A model generated the notes under the pieces. It was not told the origin of the DNA, did no database searches, and saw only the letters and a list, made by a program, of their open reading frames with translations. Shown in pieces: positions 62,490 to 64,000 of a stretch of 64,000 nt of DNA. Source of the DNA: Candidatus Latescibacterota bacterium (lineage in GTDB: Bacteria; Latescibacterota; UBA2968; GCA-2709665); NCBI GenBank assembly GCA_965226795.1, contig CBDDDZ010000005.1, forward strand, positions 992,001 through 1,056,000. Reading direction: 5' to 3'. The position numbers and the translations under genes were made by a program. Numbering within the stretch: the first letter of the stretch is position 1; the number at the start of each line of letters is the position of its first letter.

Positions 62490-63124
62490 GGGTAAAATCT
62501 CTTCGCTGGACTGCGCTGGGATAAGTGCAATGTAATTTATGCGTTAGATGCCGTGACGTCGCCGGGGTTTCAGGCCCGGGCCTCCCCGATTCGACGCAAA
62601 TTGCGTCGAATCGCTTAACAATAACCGAAAACTACCGCCATATCAAGGGCGATTTTACCCTTCCGGAACTCCGCCGGGCTGCGCGGCAAGGCGTATGCCA
62701 GCGGCTGTATGCCCGGAAGCCACGAAAGACGGACATCCATACGCAATTGGCCGGAATCACCTGGCGCCCGGATGTTTACAGGCCGTGGCAGCAAGGGCTT
62801 TGCGGGTGGGAAAGTGCCCGGTCAATCCGGTTTGTCGGACTGCCGGGACGCGCCGAAATAAGCTGAAATGCCTTGGTGCAAACGTGGGCAGCGCATGCAA
62901 CGAAGACCTCATTCCGGTCGATCCATTTCCGCTTGCAGCGTCTTTCCATTCAGCCTATATTGACAATATATATCGCATTTGCGGGCGCCAGCCTGTGCTG
63001 AAATATGAGGGCAAGACGGCGCCAGGATCGCGACAAGCGCACGTTATCGTGTAATCAATAGCGGGATCGGGCGCCAGGCCGTCCGTTTTGTGGACGGTCG
63101 TTGAATTTCAATGGAAGGGTCGCT

Positions 63125-64000
63125 ATGGTACACATTGGCATTATCGGCATCGGATTTATGGGGATGACCCACTATCGCGGCGCCCGAAGAGTGAAGGGCG
63201 GGAAGGTGACGGCCATCTGTACGCGGGACGAAAAGAAACTGAGGGGGGATTGGCGGGGGATTCATGGGAATTTTGGGGAACCCGGAGGTATCGAGGATCT
63301 GTCCGGAATACGGACGTACCGGAAGGTCGACGATCTCTTGGCCGATCCTGGAATCGATCTCGTGAATATCTGCCTGCCTTCGGCGATGCATCGGGACGTA
63401 ACGATAGCCGCTCTGCGGGCGGGAAAGCATGTGCTCCTTGAGAAGCCGATTGCGCTGAAACCGAAGGACGCGGATCGGATGGTTCAGGAGGCGGGAAATT
63501 CCGGGCGTTCGCTGATGGTGGCGCAGGTGTTGCCGTTTTTTCCGGAATTCGCATATGCCCGGAAGGTCGTGGAGGGCGGGGAGTACGGAGCGCTTCTGGG
63601 CGCGCATTTCAAGCGGATTATCTCCCAACCCGACTGGTCATCGGAATTCAGCGACGTCGAACGGAGCGGAGGGCCGGGTGTGGATCTGCACATCCACGAT
63701 ACCCACTATATCCTGTTGTTGTGCGGTGTACCCGACCAGGTATCGTCGACCGGTCGGCTGGTTAACGATCATTACGCCGAATATTTGTGCACGAGCTACA
63801 GGTTCTTCGACCGGCCGGGCTTGAGCATCACCTGCGCTTCGGGCGCGATTTCACAGCCCGGCCGCGCCTTTGCCCACGGTTTTGAAATCTACCTCGAAAG
63901 GGCTACATTGATTTACGAATTCGCCACATTGGGCGATAAGCCGGTTCTGTCCACCCCTCTCACGCTTCTGACCGAAGACAAAAAGGTCCGGAAGCCAAGA
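63125..64000 (+). CDS. Gfo/Idh/MocA family oxidoreductase (runs off the window end)
   Basis: Manual translation: MVHIGIIGIGFMG...DLVNICLP...H...AGKHVLLEKP...DLHIHD. Confidence 0.9.
   Translation, partial: MVHIGIIGIGFMGMTHYRGARRVKGGKVTAICTRDEKKLRGDWRGIHGNFGEPGGIEDLSGIRTYRKVDDLLADPGIDLVNICLPSAMHRDVTIAALRAGKHVLLEKPIALKPKDADRMVQEAGNSGRSLMVAQVLPFFPEFAYARKVVEGGEYGALLGAHFKRIISQPDWSSEFSDVERSGGPGVDLHIHDTHYILLLCGVPDQVSSTGRLVNDHYAEYLCTSYRFFDRPGLSITCASGAISQPGRAFAHGFEIYLERATLIYEFATLGDKPVLSTPLTLLTEDKKVRKPR

Overview
Bacterial chromosomal window (Gram-negative, GC-rich core; the dockerin-like C-terminal module and gene style suggest a Latescibacterota/Gemmatimonadota-like lineage, inference only). Bases 1-~31 kb form a defence/accessory island. 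It opens with an APAZ-domain gene (5' end outside the window) and a catalytically dead short prokaryotic Argonaute, followed 18 bp later by a DUF1156 adenine methyltransferase. Two nested nuclease modules follow (an Sll1717-type ATPase-REase fusion and an ABC ATPase + DUF4276 pair), then a DUF499 ATPase. After that come a run of toxin-antitoxin remnants in which the toxins are preferentially destroyed, HsdS and STAND-protein fragments, an OLD-like ATPase, two DEDDh exonucleases, SbcCD, a decaying ABC exporter pair and a candidate promoter-hairpin sRNA. Bases ~31-64 kb hold transport and catabolic genes, several pseudogenes and core genes (nadA, trxA, holA, purM, folP, ftsH, tilS). They also hold a TlpA-DUF6029 operon whose last gene, split by the ORF caller, reads as a secreted UxxC selenoprotein with a candidate SECIS. 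No rRNA, tRNA, CRISPR array or integrase was recognised. Family assignments come from motif recognition, not database searches.
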